Assembly (NCBI GenBank): GCA_002256025.1
Contig: NKIB01005148.1
Span: forward strand, 1-64,000
Direction of reading: 5' to 3'
DNA from: Asterionella formosa
Taxonomy: Eukaryota
DNA: 64,000 nt
The translations under genes and the position numbers were made by a program. The notes under the pieces were generated by a model that saw only the letters and a program-made list of their open reading frames with translations, had not been told where the DNA came from and searched no databases. Positions 1 through 12,132 of this stretch are shown here, one piece after another. The first letter of the stretch is position 1. Each line of letters begins with the position of its first letter.

Positions 1-2313
1 TACTAGTGCCTACGAGGACAAAAAGAATTATAGCACGTTACTTTGTCTATGACAAGAAAATTATTGGGTGTTTGGTTCCACCTCGAGAAAAATGTACAGG
101 GGGGTCCAGCAACCATAGGGGGGGTCCAGGACAATGAAGTATACGGTATGCTTGACATTGCCAGTATACATTTGGCACTTACTCCAAGCACATGAAGAAC
201 CTGTGTTTTCAAGCACTAATGCACCATTCAGCCTAGATTGCATTTGTCTACGCTAAAATGACAACATGCAAGGAGGTCATGACTTATTACACCTATCTAC
301 ACATTCATTGATCACTAGACGAACAGTTACTACTCTACCACTTACCCCAGCAATCATGAATCAAGTACACACCCTTGCTGTGCAGGAAATTATGCCAGAT
401 GGTCTCAAGATATCGAATCGAACGGGACAACTATTTTATGATAGTGCTTGGATTGCAGGAGTGGATTATGATAATGAAGCATTTGAAGATGCACAAGATG
501 AAGATTATGAAGATCAACACGCTAGTGACGATAAAAGCAATGATGAAATTCTCGGAGAAGATTATGATGAAATGACTCCGGATGAAATATATGGAGCAGA
601 ACAACTTAAATTAAACAACAATATCCTAGAGGATGACCCTGAACCTGAGGGCAACAACGATGAAGAAGCATTTCACTTTGTTCAGTCATACAGCTTAAGA
701 AAAGGCCTCAAGAAATTTGGCCAGAAAGGAAGAGATGTTGCATATAAAGAAATGAAACAACTACATGATAGAGTTGTATTTGAACCGATTAGGATTGAAG
801 ACCTAACCGATATCGAAAAGCGACGTGCAATGGAAAGTCTAATTTTTTTGGTTGAAAAGCAAGACAAGAGTATTAAAAGCAGAGTTTGTGCCAATGGCAG
901 TTCGCAACGTGAATACATGGAAAGAGATGAAGCAGCTAGTCCAACTACCATGACTGAATCTGTTATGATAACAGCAACAATTGATGCAAAGCAAAATCGC
1001 TGATGTTATGACTGCAGATATACCCAATTCATTTGTGCAAGTGGATATCGATGAGAAAGAAAAAGGGGAGCGAATCATTATGAAGATTAGAGGTTTACTT
1101 GTCAACATGTTGACAGAACTCAGCCCCAAGACTTATGAAAAATATGTTGTTAATGAAGGAACCAACAACAAGGTCCTATATGTTAGGATGATCAAGGCAT
1201 TATATGGCATGTTACAGTTATCATTATTATATTACAAGAAATTTCGGAAGGATATTGAGTCAATTGGATTCAAGGTCAACCCATATGATCCATGCGTTGC
1301 AAATCCCATTGTTCATGGCAAACAGCACACAGTTACTTGGCATGTACACGATTTGATATCTAGTCACGTGGACAGCAAAGTGAATGATCAATTTTTGGAA
1401 TGGCTCAAAAAGAAATACGCTTCTGACGAAATTGGTGAAGTCAAGGTCATGCGTGGAAAGAAGCATGATTATTTGGCGATGACACTAGATTGCTCTCTTC
1501 CAGGAGTGTTGAGTGTGGATATGACCAAATATGTCAAATCAATTATTGATGATTTTCCAGATAAACTTGGGTGTCGGAAAATTTCCATGGACAGATAAAT
1601 TGTTCACGGTTGATATGAAATCAAAGAAGCTTGAATATGAAAAAACAAAAATATTTCATACTTTTGTTATGAAAGGAATGTTTCTATGTAAGCGAGGAAG
1701 ACAGGACATTCAACCAGGAATTGCATTTCTGGCAACCCAAAATACCAAACTGAATGAAGGCGATTGGGCAAAATTAGTTAAGATCATGAATTTCTTGAAA
1801 GCAACTCAGAATGAGGTTGCATCTATGAGTGCTGATGACACTCAGAGCATTAAATGATACCTTGATGCGGCGTTTGCAGTACACAAAGATTTTAAAAGTC
1901 ACACAGGAGCTACATTGTCACTTGGAAACGGAATTATTTGTTCTATGTCTACAAAACAGAAAGTGAACACTAGAAGTTCGACTGAAGCAGAATTGGTTGG
2001 TGTCGATGACATTATATCAAAGGTGTTGTGGACGAAATTATTTATTGAAGCACAAGGACACAAGGTGACTACGAATGTCATTTACCATGACAACACTAGC
2101 GCAATGAAGCTAGAAGCAAATGGAAAAGCAAGTTCAGGAAAACGCATGCAACATTTCAACATCAAGTATTTTTACTTTACTGATCTTAATGAAAGAAAGG
2201 AAGTACAGATTAAGTACTGTCCAAAGGATGCAATGATTGCAGACTACATGACGAAACCACTGGTTGGAACGAAATTTATTCATTTTCGTGAACAAATTAT
2301 GAATTCAAAGTGA
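1..2313 (+). mobile_element. Ty1/Copia LTR retrotransposon (diatom CoDi-like), degenerate pol 3' part: integrase tail, RT, RNase H; runs off the window start
   Basis: ORFs 266-1003, 981-1598, 1531-1857 and 1915-2313 carry Copia RT/RNase H motifs in order (KSRVCANGS, ADIPNSFVQ, KALYGML, NPYDPCV, WHVHDL in place of xVDD, KQKVNTRSSTEAELVG, ADYMTKPL), broken by frameshifts and stops. Confidence 0.93.
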
Positions 2314-2335
2314 GCATCCATGTCCAGCAGGAGTG

Positions 2336-2752
2336 TGTTGGAGAAATTATTTTAGGAAAGAAAAATCCCGGTATGAATTACCTTCTTCATATTGAATCGA
2401 ATGAATCAAAAAAGAATACGGTACCAGAGAAAGCTCAGAATTCGAAAACAATCTACATCACCAGTAAAACCCATAATTCTACTAAAACTCCTAGGAACGA
2501 TTACAATCGATTACTGCAACATCGTTTTTAATATCTACAGCCTATTGGGTCCCTGAAGTGTCCTTACAGGATACAAGAAAGCAATAGAGTGCTTCGGGAC
2601 TCAATTTCAACATATGGTAGAATAAATGGCAAAGGAGAGCTCAGCCAAGTAGCGATGCTGTATCCCTATTTCACACAGCAAGCAACGAGCAATGGAATAC
2701 TCTATATAGAATTCACAACAGAGGAAATGAAAGCAAGAGATTGATGTCAACA
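2336..2752 (+). repeat. Probable 3' LTR of the first Copia element (right boundary uncertain)
   Basis: Purine-rich CAGCAGGAG immediately followed by TGTTGG at 2336, just after the RNase H stop; candidate ...CAACA ends at 2612, 2720 and 2752; no second LTR in the window to confirm. Confidence 0.5.
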
Positions 2753-4153
2753 ATGCTTATGTTGCCTGAGGAACGAAGGCCCGAGGCAAGGCAACATGTG
2801 TGTGTTCTTTCTTTTTGAATATATCATATCGTAGTATGGTGTAACCATGTTACCGTACCTGGCGGGATGTAGTATGTACGGACACATTCGCGGACCAGCG
2901 GTACCTGTAGTCTACTCGAACATGATCATGTTAGATGCATTTTATAGTATCGCTTTTTACAAGGAGCAGTCTAAGATAGATGACTCCAGGGAACCAGGTA
3001 CCTGCTGGTAGTATACCGTTATACCAAGTAGTACCAGCATGTTGCGGTAATTTTGCTGAAACTAAAGATTTAGCTATCTTTATCCCAGATTAAAATGTTA
3101 GTTTAAGCAAAATGACCGCAACTTGCAGGTACGCATCCTGCTGTATACCGGTACTTGGCAACTGGTACCAGGGACCGGTATTTGTTGAAGCATCACTGTT
3201 AGGAGAAACAGGAACGGAGTACCACCTACCTTTCTAGATAGATCTAGGTGTTCATTTCTCTTTCGTTTCAACATTTTTATTGTGAGTTACAAAGCTAGTT
3301 TATTAGGTTTGTTCAGTTTCAATAATCAAATGAACTATTCTCTAAATGCTGTTCGCATTGTCAGCATAAACATTCATAGATATACCTATGTCTATCTCAC
3401 ACTTACTGATCATAGATTTATAACCGTTGATCATTGGATTCAAACTATTCGTTTCCAAATATTTATTGGTCTAATGAATAGTCTTTATTGTCTGGCTCAT
3501 TATAGCAGAAAAATATTGTGTGGTTGATGGGAGCTTGGTATAACCAAAGTTGACTCATTCAACTGAGTGTGATAACTATGACGATGAGCTCACTTTGACA
3601 TATACATACATCACATTCGAAATATCGACGAAAATTGAACACCATAATGCATTGACATCTTCTCCATTTTGTCTTTCTTCATGTGCATATATTATGTCAG
3701 CATTGCTTCTCCAGTACTTTGCTAGCACAGTGGAATAATTTGAGCCATAGAATAATAAACTATCAAGACATCAAATTATAAATATAGATTGCATGAAAAG
3801 GCTCCTTGTTTTGAGTTCAGTGCTAAGGAATATACCCTGTTTTCAATATCTGGGTTTGGGTCCCCCACCATTTCCAATATCTGGGTTCTGCTGCAGGTGC
3901 GGTGTGCTTTGCTGTCAGAGGGGCTGAGGGTGGCTGATCTAGACCATAAATTGCAAATGGCTTGGTGATGTTAGACTTACCATTTTAAAATTTATAGTGC
4001 ACATCAGTCCATATATATATCCATTGTAGCTATGTACTTTGTGTTACAAAATAGCTTATTTATATAATTTATGCAAATAAACTTGTTACAATTTACGATG
4101 AACGACATAAATCCCATGTACAGCTAATATATTTAGCCAACGGAAGAAGCGAA

Positions 4154-4777
4154 ATGGTAACTGGTGAAGTCGCCATGGCAGTCTCTTTCTCAGCACCAAG
4201 TAGCGTTGCATTTCGCCACTGTTCAGCCTTTATGTCAGGCAGACAGCATCACCTACTATTATTGGGCGATCGACGCCGTTTCATAGAATTTGCTCGTCCA
4301 TCGAAGCGCGAGCCTCTGGAGACAATCACAGACACGCTCGGCGCCATTCTCACCCAGCCCTCACCCTTGGTACCAGCGTTGCCGCTGGGATATCCAATTG
4401 CCCTGCTTTCCACGTGGGCGTTTCTACCACTTTCAACCGCTATTCTCTTTGTTGTCGCGTTTGTGGGATTTTTTGTGTTTACTAGACAGGTAAACGGCGA
4501 CGAAAATGACGACGAAGGAGATGCGCCTCCGATGAATTTACTGGCTTTTCTAGCAGCATTTGCATCCGCTGGATTGCTCTCACCATCTGGTTTGGAACCC
4601 ACTTGGAGCCTGATGGGAGCAATCACAACGCTGATCATTGCTGCCGCCTCAGTCACGTTGAATACATCAAGTATTGAAAAGGAGGAAGTTATAGAACCTA
4701 CATCGCTCGATCTTCAGGCAATGAAAGATTGGGATGACAGGATGGAACAAACCGAACAGGTCGAAGACCTTAAGTGA
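4154..4777 (+). CDS. Hypothetical multi-pass membrane protein (207 aa), possibly plastid-targeted
   Basis: Intact ATG-to-stop ORF with several hydrophobic stretches; N-terminus AVSFSAP...VAF followed by an Arg/Ser-rich segment loosely resembles a diatom bipartite targeting peptide. Confidence 0.7.
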   Translation: MVTGEVAMAVSFSAPSSVAFRHCSAFMSGRQHHLLLLGDRRRFIEFARPSKREPLETITDTLGAILTQPSPLVPALPLGYPIALLSTWAFLPLSTAILFVVAFVGFFVFTRQVNGDENDDEGDAPPMNLLAFLAAFASAGLLSPSGLEPTWSLMGAITTLIIAAASVTLNTSSIEKEEVIEPTSLDLQAMKDWDDRMEQTEQVEDLK

Positions 4778-4922
4778 TTTGTAACACGCAATGATCCTAA
4801 ATGAATTATTGGGATGCACAGGCAATGATGGAGGATACAGTCATCTCTATTTTGAAGGGGGAATCATTATACGACACCGATTGTATCTACAGAATCAATC
4901 AAATGCGCTTTTGGTGGAACAT

Positions 4923-7900
4923 TCACATTATTTTCGCAGTTCCTTTTACGATGTCAGGTTCTTTCCCCCTCTTGGATATTGGAATGGCAAATATCTGGTC
5001 GTAGAAATCAAATAGGATCTGGGAAATGCATAGCCCCCGCTTGGAAAGCCAAACGAGACAATACCACGATTCGTTCTCCTCCAGTCTACCTTTACCAAAA
5101 ACGCATGCTTTGGCTAGTTGCCATGTCAGCTTCAACACAGACTCGCAGTGAACACCACTTAAATGACACAAAAGAAAGATTTTATAGCAACAAACTTCTG
5201 TGGAACTTGACATCACATTTGGAACAAGAGAATTCAATTCGGAGCCTTCTTGCGCTTTCCCAAAGGTGTTAAATGGGACTGGAAATTCACTATCATAGCT
5301 TTTTGTTCGTTCGGCCATTTCTCGTTGTTGGTCCTTCGCTATCGACTCAGAATCGACTTCGTCGGAAATTGATGTTGAAATCCAGTCCATGTCGTCGGAG
5401 TTCAAATTGTAGGCGAGATCTGGAACCAGGCAGCGGTCGTTATTGTTTTCCCCAACTCTTTTTATGTTAGCTTCTATAACCCGACAAACGTTAATAACCA
5501 AAGCCCCTCTTCTTTCGCGAGTTGTAATAGTGACGACGGGCGATAAAAGCTGATCTGTCCACCAAGCGCGTTCCTCGCCCCACCAACCCTTTTCCCTCAG
5601 ACACGAGTGGTCCACATTGAATCCGTCCCTGAGTCGTTTACACTCAACACAATTTTCGCACTTTGTACGTTGCTCTTCAGATACTCGCACTCCAACATGT
5701 CCAAGCTCGTTGACCAACCTTCTCCAGTTTTGAATGTTACCAGGATCATTTTCAAGAGTAGCAGCGAGGGTGGCGAGGAAACTGCCCTTAGGCGCAGCAC
5801 CACGACCAACAATTGAGCTAATTGCCTGGCTTATCGTAAAGGATGGCATGCTTGTTGAAGTCCAATGGAAAAAATGATGAGCGTGCAACCTACGAATTTG
5901 GTTCCATTGGTCACCATCTCGCCCCCTAGTCCATGGCGGCCCTGCCAGGAGCGAAACAGCATCTTTCCATTCCAGAAAGGAGCAGATTTCCTGGCTAGTT
6001 TTTGACAGTGGCCGCTTTCGACTGTACTCAACCAAACTACGAAACGCGGATGCCGCCATACGGCGAGTCTCGTGAAATTTGGGCAACATCTTTCGGATCT
6101 CATGCTTAGGAGTGACCTTTTCTCCTTGCGAAAATATGTCCTCGATGTTCTCAACTTTCTTTGATGACGGTAAAGTATGCGCTCCAGACCCGACCTTGTT
6201 ACCAGACGAAAGCACAAGGGACCCCGCCAGTAATGCTAGGTGCCAACATGCGTACTCCGGTTCGAACTGACTAATCTCCACGCATTTCTGAAGCATAGAA
6301 GTTGCCTCGTGAAAAAAATACTCAACCTGGCCTACGTGCAAAGTTATGGAGCCTTTTACATGACATCGATCATCCGTAAGCATCTTGTTATTCTCCATAT
6401 GAACCAACGTTTGATTTACCAAATCAAAAGGAGTCGTGTGATTATTCAGAGGACGTGAGATGATTTCTGCTGCCGACGGTGGAAGTTGGCGGGCGATGGA
6501 AGCGAGAGCAAATACAAGATGAACTCTTGGAAAAACTTTCAACCCGTGGTGCGTGTGATGAGCTTCGAAGGCTTCATAGATGCGCTGCGCAAGGATATTA
6601 AGGGAAACGGGAGTTGACGCGATAATTTCGCTTCGTTCATCACCAAGGGAGTACTCATCCCCGTCACCAACGCCTTCAGATTTGAGAATCGATTCATAAA
6701 ATGCTCCACTGTTGGCGATAAAACTGAAATAATGCATGAATGATTGATAATATGGCAACATCGCAATTTCGTTGATGCCCTTGATTTTTAACCACTTTGT
6801 CTTGGTTGGATCTTTGCGATTCAACGCAGGTAACCTCTCCACATATGATATAAGGAGATCTTGAATTTCTTGTGATTTTTTTACATCATCTCTTGCTCGC
6901 GCTGAGCCCAGCTGACACAACAGGGCAGCTGTCGTCAATATATAAGTAGATCGTTCGATTCTACAAGCTCGAGCAATTTGAGCTCTGGGATCTTCTTTCC
7001 CAAACACAATGTTGGCTTCGTCGAGTGGAAAAAATGGTATTGGGGGCTCTGTTCCCGCAATGTAGAGGTACTGCGAAGGATCGATTTGTTTCTTCTGCTG
7101 AATACCTAGTTCAGGCTGTTCAGTTGCCACCGTGGCTACTGATGATTGACCGGAAGCTGGATAGTCGGTGGAGGAGGACGTAACACAGTTTTCGGATCCA
7201 CTCGTGGATTCCAGATCATTAACTTCTTCTTTAAATGATTCCGCAGCAGTCGTGAGGTTTATTGCGTCACTATATCTTTCCACAATCGGACTGATGCCGT
7301 ACGTGTCGATTAGCTTGGCGCGTCTCGCTTTTCTCGTATCGCGTACAGCCGACGGGTCTAACGAATGTCCCACCCAAGATGGTGCGTTGCAATCAATATT
7401 TAGCTGCGACAACACGGCTTGCTTATTGCTCCATATCTCGGATCGTAAAAATTTCAGGTCCAATGCTTGCTCACTGGCTTGGTACAATATAAATTGCTCG
7501 CGATGAACAGGAAAGTGGTTATCCACTTCTGATCGGTGAAGCATCTTAATGAGTCGATTGTCAGTATTGGGATCTAACGCAGCACAACCCACCAAATACT
7601 TGGCAGCCAAGTTTCGTGTCGTGCGTTTTTGAAAAAAATGGCTCCTAACAGCGGCGTGGTTGCTAATTAGGTATTGCGACGGCCCAATGATACCACTGGT
7701 TCGATTGTATGGAATGTATGGAAATTTGGCAAGTTGAGGGTAATTGTCATTCTTACCTATATCCTTTTTGACCAGTGGAACATGTTCGTTTCCATAGTAA
7801 AATTCCAAATCTCTCTTTCGAGGTGCTGTATATCCTTGTTGGTAATAGTCCATGTCATCTTGTTCCAGCTTGACTGGAGTAGCACGTTCTGCTCCTTTCT

Positions 7901-8561
7901 CATTCGCCAGCAACGATCCTAGGTTAAACTGTAGCTCGTCTTCTGAACTGTCCGAGTAAATAAGGATCTGATCTGTCACCACCAATGGTTTTCCCTTTGA
8001 TTTTCTCTTTCGTTTCAGCTTCATTACCAGTCGTGCCATGCACTCGACAGCACCACCAACATCGGATTGGCCTTCCATGGATATCTTCTTTTCTTGCCAC
8101 CGCAAGCGCATGCGGCCATACTTCAATTCTTCTTCGCGCTTGTATTGACGTGCATCTGCAGCAGATTGACTCTCGTAGTTGTCTTGGTCTAGTTGGTATT
8201 TTCGTTTGCGGCTTTTTAACTTTTGACGAACGGCTGGCAGTGACGACGATACTGTGACTGGAATCGGAGCCATTGGTGGCGCGAGTCCATAGAAGTCATC
8301 GAGCTGCTCTTCTTCGTATGTGCTCTTGTCTTTGCGGTGATTTTCAGCTTCAGCGGGCAATGGCATCTGTCTCTCCCTGCTGTGAGAGTGAGAGGAACCA
8401 GCAGGTACAGTGGCATGGCGAGCGGTGGCGCGTTGGTGGTCCGAGATAGCAGCTGGGGCGCTTTGGGAATACACCAAATCGCTCAACGACAAGCCAGGGC
8501 CAGCATCGTCTCCTTCTTCACTGTCAGAGTAGAACATGATGCTGCACGTAACTTCTATCAT
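4923..8561 (-). CDS. Large nuclear protein (about 1200 aa); C-terminus resembles Pol I factor TAF1A/Rrn11
   Basis: 3.6-kb uninterrupted ORF with basic NLS-like runs (KLKSRKRK, KLKRKRKSK); C-terminal motifs LENDPGNIQNWRRL, WGEERAWW and EVCCYKIFLLCHLSG; start may be 8537; gene call is strong, product call tentative. Confidence 0.8.
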   Translation of the reverse strand: MIEVTCSIMFYSDSEEGDDAGPGLSLSDLVYSQSAPAAISDHQRATARHATVPAGSSHSHSRERQMPLPAEAENHRKDKSTYEEEQLDDFYGLAPPMAPIPVTVSSSLPAVRQKLKSRKRKYQLDQDNYESQSAADARQYKREEELKYGRMRLRWQEKKISMEGQSDVGGAVECMARLVMKLKRKRKSKGKPLVVTDQILIYSDSSEDELQFNLGSLLANEKGAERATPVKLEQDDMDYYQQGYTAPRKRDLEFYYGNEHVPLVKKDIGKNDNYPQLAKFPYIPYNRTSGIIGPSQYLISNHAAVRSHFFQKRTTRNLAAKYLVGCAALDPNTDNRLIKMLHRSEVDNHFPVHREQFILYQASEQALDLKFLRSEIWSNKQAVLSQLNIDCNAPSWVGHSLDPSAVRDTRKARRAKLIDTYGISPIVERYSDAINLTTAAESFKEEVNDLESTSGSENCVTSSSTDYPASGQSSVATVATEQPELGIQQKKQIDPSQYLYIAGTEPPIPFFPLDEANIVFGKEDPRAQIARACRIERSTYILTTAALLCQLGSARARDDVKKSQEIQDLLISYVERLPALNRKDPTKTKWLKIKGINEIAMLPYYQSFMHYFSFIANSGAFYESILKSEGVGDGDEYSLGDERSEIIASTPVSLNILAQRIYEAFEAHHTHHGLKVFPRVHLVFALASIARQLPPSAAEIISRPLNNHTTPFDLVNQTLVHMENNKMLTDDRCHVKGSITLHVGQVEYFFHEATSMLQKCVEISQFEPEYACWHLALLAGSLVLSSGNKVGSGAHTLPSSKKVENIEDIFSQGEKVTPKHEIRKMLPKFHETRRMAASAFRSLVEYSRKRPLSKTSQEICSFLEWKDAVSLLAGPPWTRGRDGDQWNQIRRLHAHHFFHWTSTSMPSFTISQAISSIVGRGAAPKGSFLATLAATLENDPGNIQNWRRLVNELGHVGVRVSEEQRTKCENCVECKRLRDGFNVDHSCLREKGWWGEERAWWTDQLLSPVVTITTRERRGALVINVCRVIEANIKRVGENNNDRCLVPDLAYNLNSDDMDWISTSISDEVDSESIAKDQQREMAERTKSYDSEFPVPFNTFGKAQEGSELNSLVPNVMSSSTEVCCYKIFLLCHLSGVHCESVLKLTWQLAKACVFGKGRLEENESWYCLVWLSKRGLCISQILFDFYDQIFAIPISKRGKEPDIVKGTAKIM

Positions 8562-9247
8562 GCAGAGCGAACAGAAAAGGAATAAAAGTCATGACAGCAA
8601 ATATCATTTTATTATTCTATTGTTCCGGAAGTGTTGAATTTCTTTGTCATCGGAAATCGATGGCGGTAAGAGTAGAGCAGGAGTCGTCAATACTACCGGT
8701 TTTATTTAGTGTTGGCTTACTACATCATACGAAATTGCCGTTCGCTCTATGTACTGTGTGGCAGCAGGTAGGCCAGGTACCGGGTCGATGGTATCTGGTA
8801 CTCAGTAGCAGTAGACTCCCGGAGTACTCGAGTATTTTAAAATCATGTCTACGCCCATCGGTCTACCGGAATACCGGTACCAGGTAGTGTAATTATCGGT
8901 AAATGCCTGCTGGTGCCCGTGTTTAGATGGTGTGAACCAAAGCAAATGATATGCACAACCTCATAATGCATACAAGCATATACATACCCGTCAGCAAACA
9001 CTCGTAAAACACTGATGGGAATATAATGAATCTTAGAGGTACATACTGGTAACTTACCGGTACTCCGAGTTGTACCTGTCCGGAGTACCCTGGTACGGTA
9101 CCATACCAGTCATGCCATTTTGTTCGCTATACCGGTACCGGTAGTCATTTCCGTATATATAAACCGGTATCGTTGCTAACGTCAAATATACCAGTACATA
9201 TTTACCTAAATATACCGGTAATTGGAGGACCACTCACATCATCAAGA

Positions 9248-9814
9248 ATGACGGAACTGGCCATCATGATGGAACTGGCAGCAGAAATACTTTCCGACAG
9301 GACAGCTTACCCTTCCAACGATTTACACGTACTGTTGGTGGGTCAATCTCATCTGACCAAACCGCTGGCAGCTGCCTTGCTTCAGATCACAGGTGATGGC
9401 AAGCCGCAACCTAAACAGCACGACGACGACCCAGCGATTTCCGCGCTGCGGCGCTTGTATCCCCAGCCGTCATTAGGCCAACGATACATCCATTTGAGCC
9501 AAACGTTAGAAACAGTTGTGGATGTGCGGATGGATCACATTGTATTTGTCGGACCACACCAAGAGGCTACCAAGGAACCAGCAGGCGTGGACTACACTCA
9601 TCTTCAGCATCGACTTAGCCGGGTGGTGGTTCTATTGGAAGATTCAACGTACGTCCCCAAGCCACCAAAACGAAGAATAATGACCACATTTTACGTGAGA
9701 GCGAATGACCATTATTTCACAGGATCCCTTGCTCATATGATACTGCAACGAGCTCGGGTCGGAGCACGATACAAGGCAGGCGTCAGTCCAATGATATTTG
9801 GAGCTTTTGGATGA
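9248..9814 (+). CDS. CENPM: CENP-M-like kinetochore pseudo-GTPase
   Basis: First ATG at 9248; motifs HVLLVG, IHLSQTL, RMDHIVFV and LAHMILQRARVGARYKAGVSPM occur in the same order as the CENP-M motifs I recall ([43 protein letters not shown]); similar length (188 aa). Confidence 0.65.
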   Translation: MTELAIMMELAAEILSDRTAYPSNDLHVLLVGQSHLTKPLAAALLQITGDGKPQPKQHDDDPAISALRRLYPQPSLGQRYIHLSQTLETVVDVRMDHIVFVGPHQEATKEPAGVDYTHLQHRLSRVVVLLEDSTYVPKPPKRRIMTTFYVRANDHYFTGSLAHMILQRARVGARYKAGVSPMIFGAFG

Positions 9815-10754
9815 AGCTCTATTTCAATGTAGACTACATCTTGTCCTTAATCTGCAAATAAGGAATGACTTGCAATGTATGGTTAATGCTTCTATGCCAG
9901 GCAAAGTATTCATGAACAACTTTCTGGGCAGCCTGGTGTAATTGATAAATGAGATCTGGAGTTAATGCTGACTGTGCTGCTTAGGTTTATTAAAGGATTG
10001 ATCAAGGTGACTGGACTGGAGTCGTCGCTGCTGCTGCAAGTCGATTCAGTGCAACCAAAAACTCTATCAGATTGGTCTGATGGCCAGAGCACACAAAACA
10101 ATCTTGGCGCTGGAGCAGGTGTGTCAACACTATGAAGTAGCAAAGCTGCATCTGAATTAACAGACTTGGTATTAGACAAGTAAAGTCAAGAAAGAAGATG
10201 TACTTGCTCAGGCCGAAATTTGGATGGCAATTGCTGAAAAGAAGCAAATTAATAAGAGATCAGAACGACACCAGAGCCAGCAATTCTACCAAGCCTGTTT
10301 TAGTGTGCCCTGCAAGGCAACATAGAAATAATCTCATTCTATTTTCTCCAAAACCTCTGTCAGTTCACTGATTTCCTAGATTGAATAGATTGTCGTTTCA
10401 TCCAAATCAATAACTTGAAATTGATCATTCTTTGTGTTCATTGGATACATTTGAATTAAACAATTGTCAAATGCAATTTTTGTTTGATAGGATGTTTTAA
10501 TTTATCTTTCAGAAAAGATTTCAGATAGCCACCAAAGAAATCAAGTGGTGAACCAAACTTTTGAATCAAATGGGGATAATGTTACATACCATGGAAATTC
10601 TCCATCATTCTTAATCTAATCTGCAATACCATCTCTCTTGACCTTTGAGGACTGGCAAGAGTCTAAGTAACAGATGTGGACAACGGAACGAAAAACGGAA
10701 AGAGAGAGGATTATGAACCAAAAACACATTGCTCACTTATGCTAGTACATCACC

Positions 10755-11012
10755 CTACAAACAACCTTAAATTGGTATATAGAGATGATTGAGGGTACGC
10801 AATAATATAGATGATGGATGGTACATATGTTATAACACGTTCTCGTACAAACAACAATGTAGCGTTGGTATCTATAGGTGATGGAGTGCATGCATAAACA
10901 CGTTTTCGAAGAAATGACCTAATATTGTTATCTATAAGTGATGAGGGGATAGTAGCATGTTCTCGTACAAACAACCTATCATTGCTTGGTATCTATAGGT
11001 GATGGAGGGTAC
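10755..11012. repeat. Degenerate ~60-bp tandem repeat (3-4 units)
   Basis: TCTATA(G/A)GTGATG at 10871, 10931 and 10992; TTCTCGTACAAACAAC at about 10840 and 10960. Confidence 0.75.
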
Positions 11013-12132
11013 CGAGGGTGCCACCTAAAATTGAGGGTCGACTTTTGGAAGATTTTGAACTGGCTGAGAGTTAATGTTGAATCGAGTAAATTCATGTTTT
11101 GGACTAAATATGCTAGATATGAACATAATTGCTCCTTTCCATAGTAGGTCCTACCGAAATGAGATGCGGATTCATAAACATTTTTTGTATTGATATCCTA
11201 ATCACAGAGACAATGAGAAGCGGCAAGTTGTTAACTATGGTTCGCTTGTTTTCAAACACAACAAATTCCTCCGATTCTGGATTGACTTACCAACTATTGA
11301 TGTATTTTCTAAAATTTCTGAATAACAGTGTGTCAGTCCAGTATAACATAAGTGCACATCAATATATTGTTCCGCCGATGTCATTTATAACTTACAGCAA
11401 ATACAGCCCTTGTAGATGATAGTATCTAATTATTTACCTTAGATATTGCGATTTGTTTTTATATATAAAACGCTACAGTGTAGTAGTTGTTGTTGTGAGT
11501 GGCTGGAGAATCCTGTGTCATGCTGTCTCCGCTTTGACCATGACAAAAATAACGAATTTCTCCATGGAAAATGAAATCGATGCTATGCTCTTCGGTAAAT
11601 ATATCGACAGAGATAATAAAATCGTAAAATAAATTGTAATAACGACACAAATATTGACAACGGAAATTGAAGTCACCGATGGCGCATTTCTTCACACAGT
11701 TTAGACGAGTGACGCACAATTCAAAAGAACAAAGAGGTTCCAATGGCCAAGCAAGATTTAACACTTTCACAGCATTCAACACGCTACATTAAGATAATCT
11801 GTGGGTCGAACGAAATTTTGTTTGATTCTCTATTTAACAATATCAATTAATAGTCCATTGATGTTTTCAAAATGACTCTTTCTTTGTTTACGAGTACCAG
11901 TACTGATCCAGTTGTTGACTACATGTGACTAGAAGTTGCTGACTATGACTAGAATTTGCTGACTACCGGTAGCTACGAATAGAACTTGCCAAGTATTGCG
12001 AGAGTGCGGAGCATCATCACCAAAGAAAAAGATGTAAAAATATATGCTGGCTGTATGATGGTGAGCTAAGTATGCCGCAAGACCCCGACGACAACGGATC
12101 ATACCGGTAACGTTTGAAATTTTCCTACCAGC

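Noticed and set aside
3183..3272. TGTTGAA...TTCAACA as a mini solo LTR
   Set aside because: Only 90 bp, no TSD, no second copy
9173..9247. N-terminal extension of the CENP-M-like ORF from the ORF track
   Set aside because: TTG start within motif-rich promoter-like DNA; ATG at 9248 is more plausible
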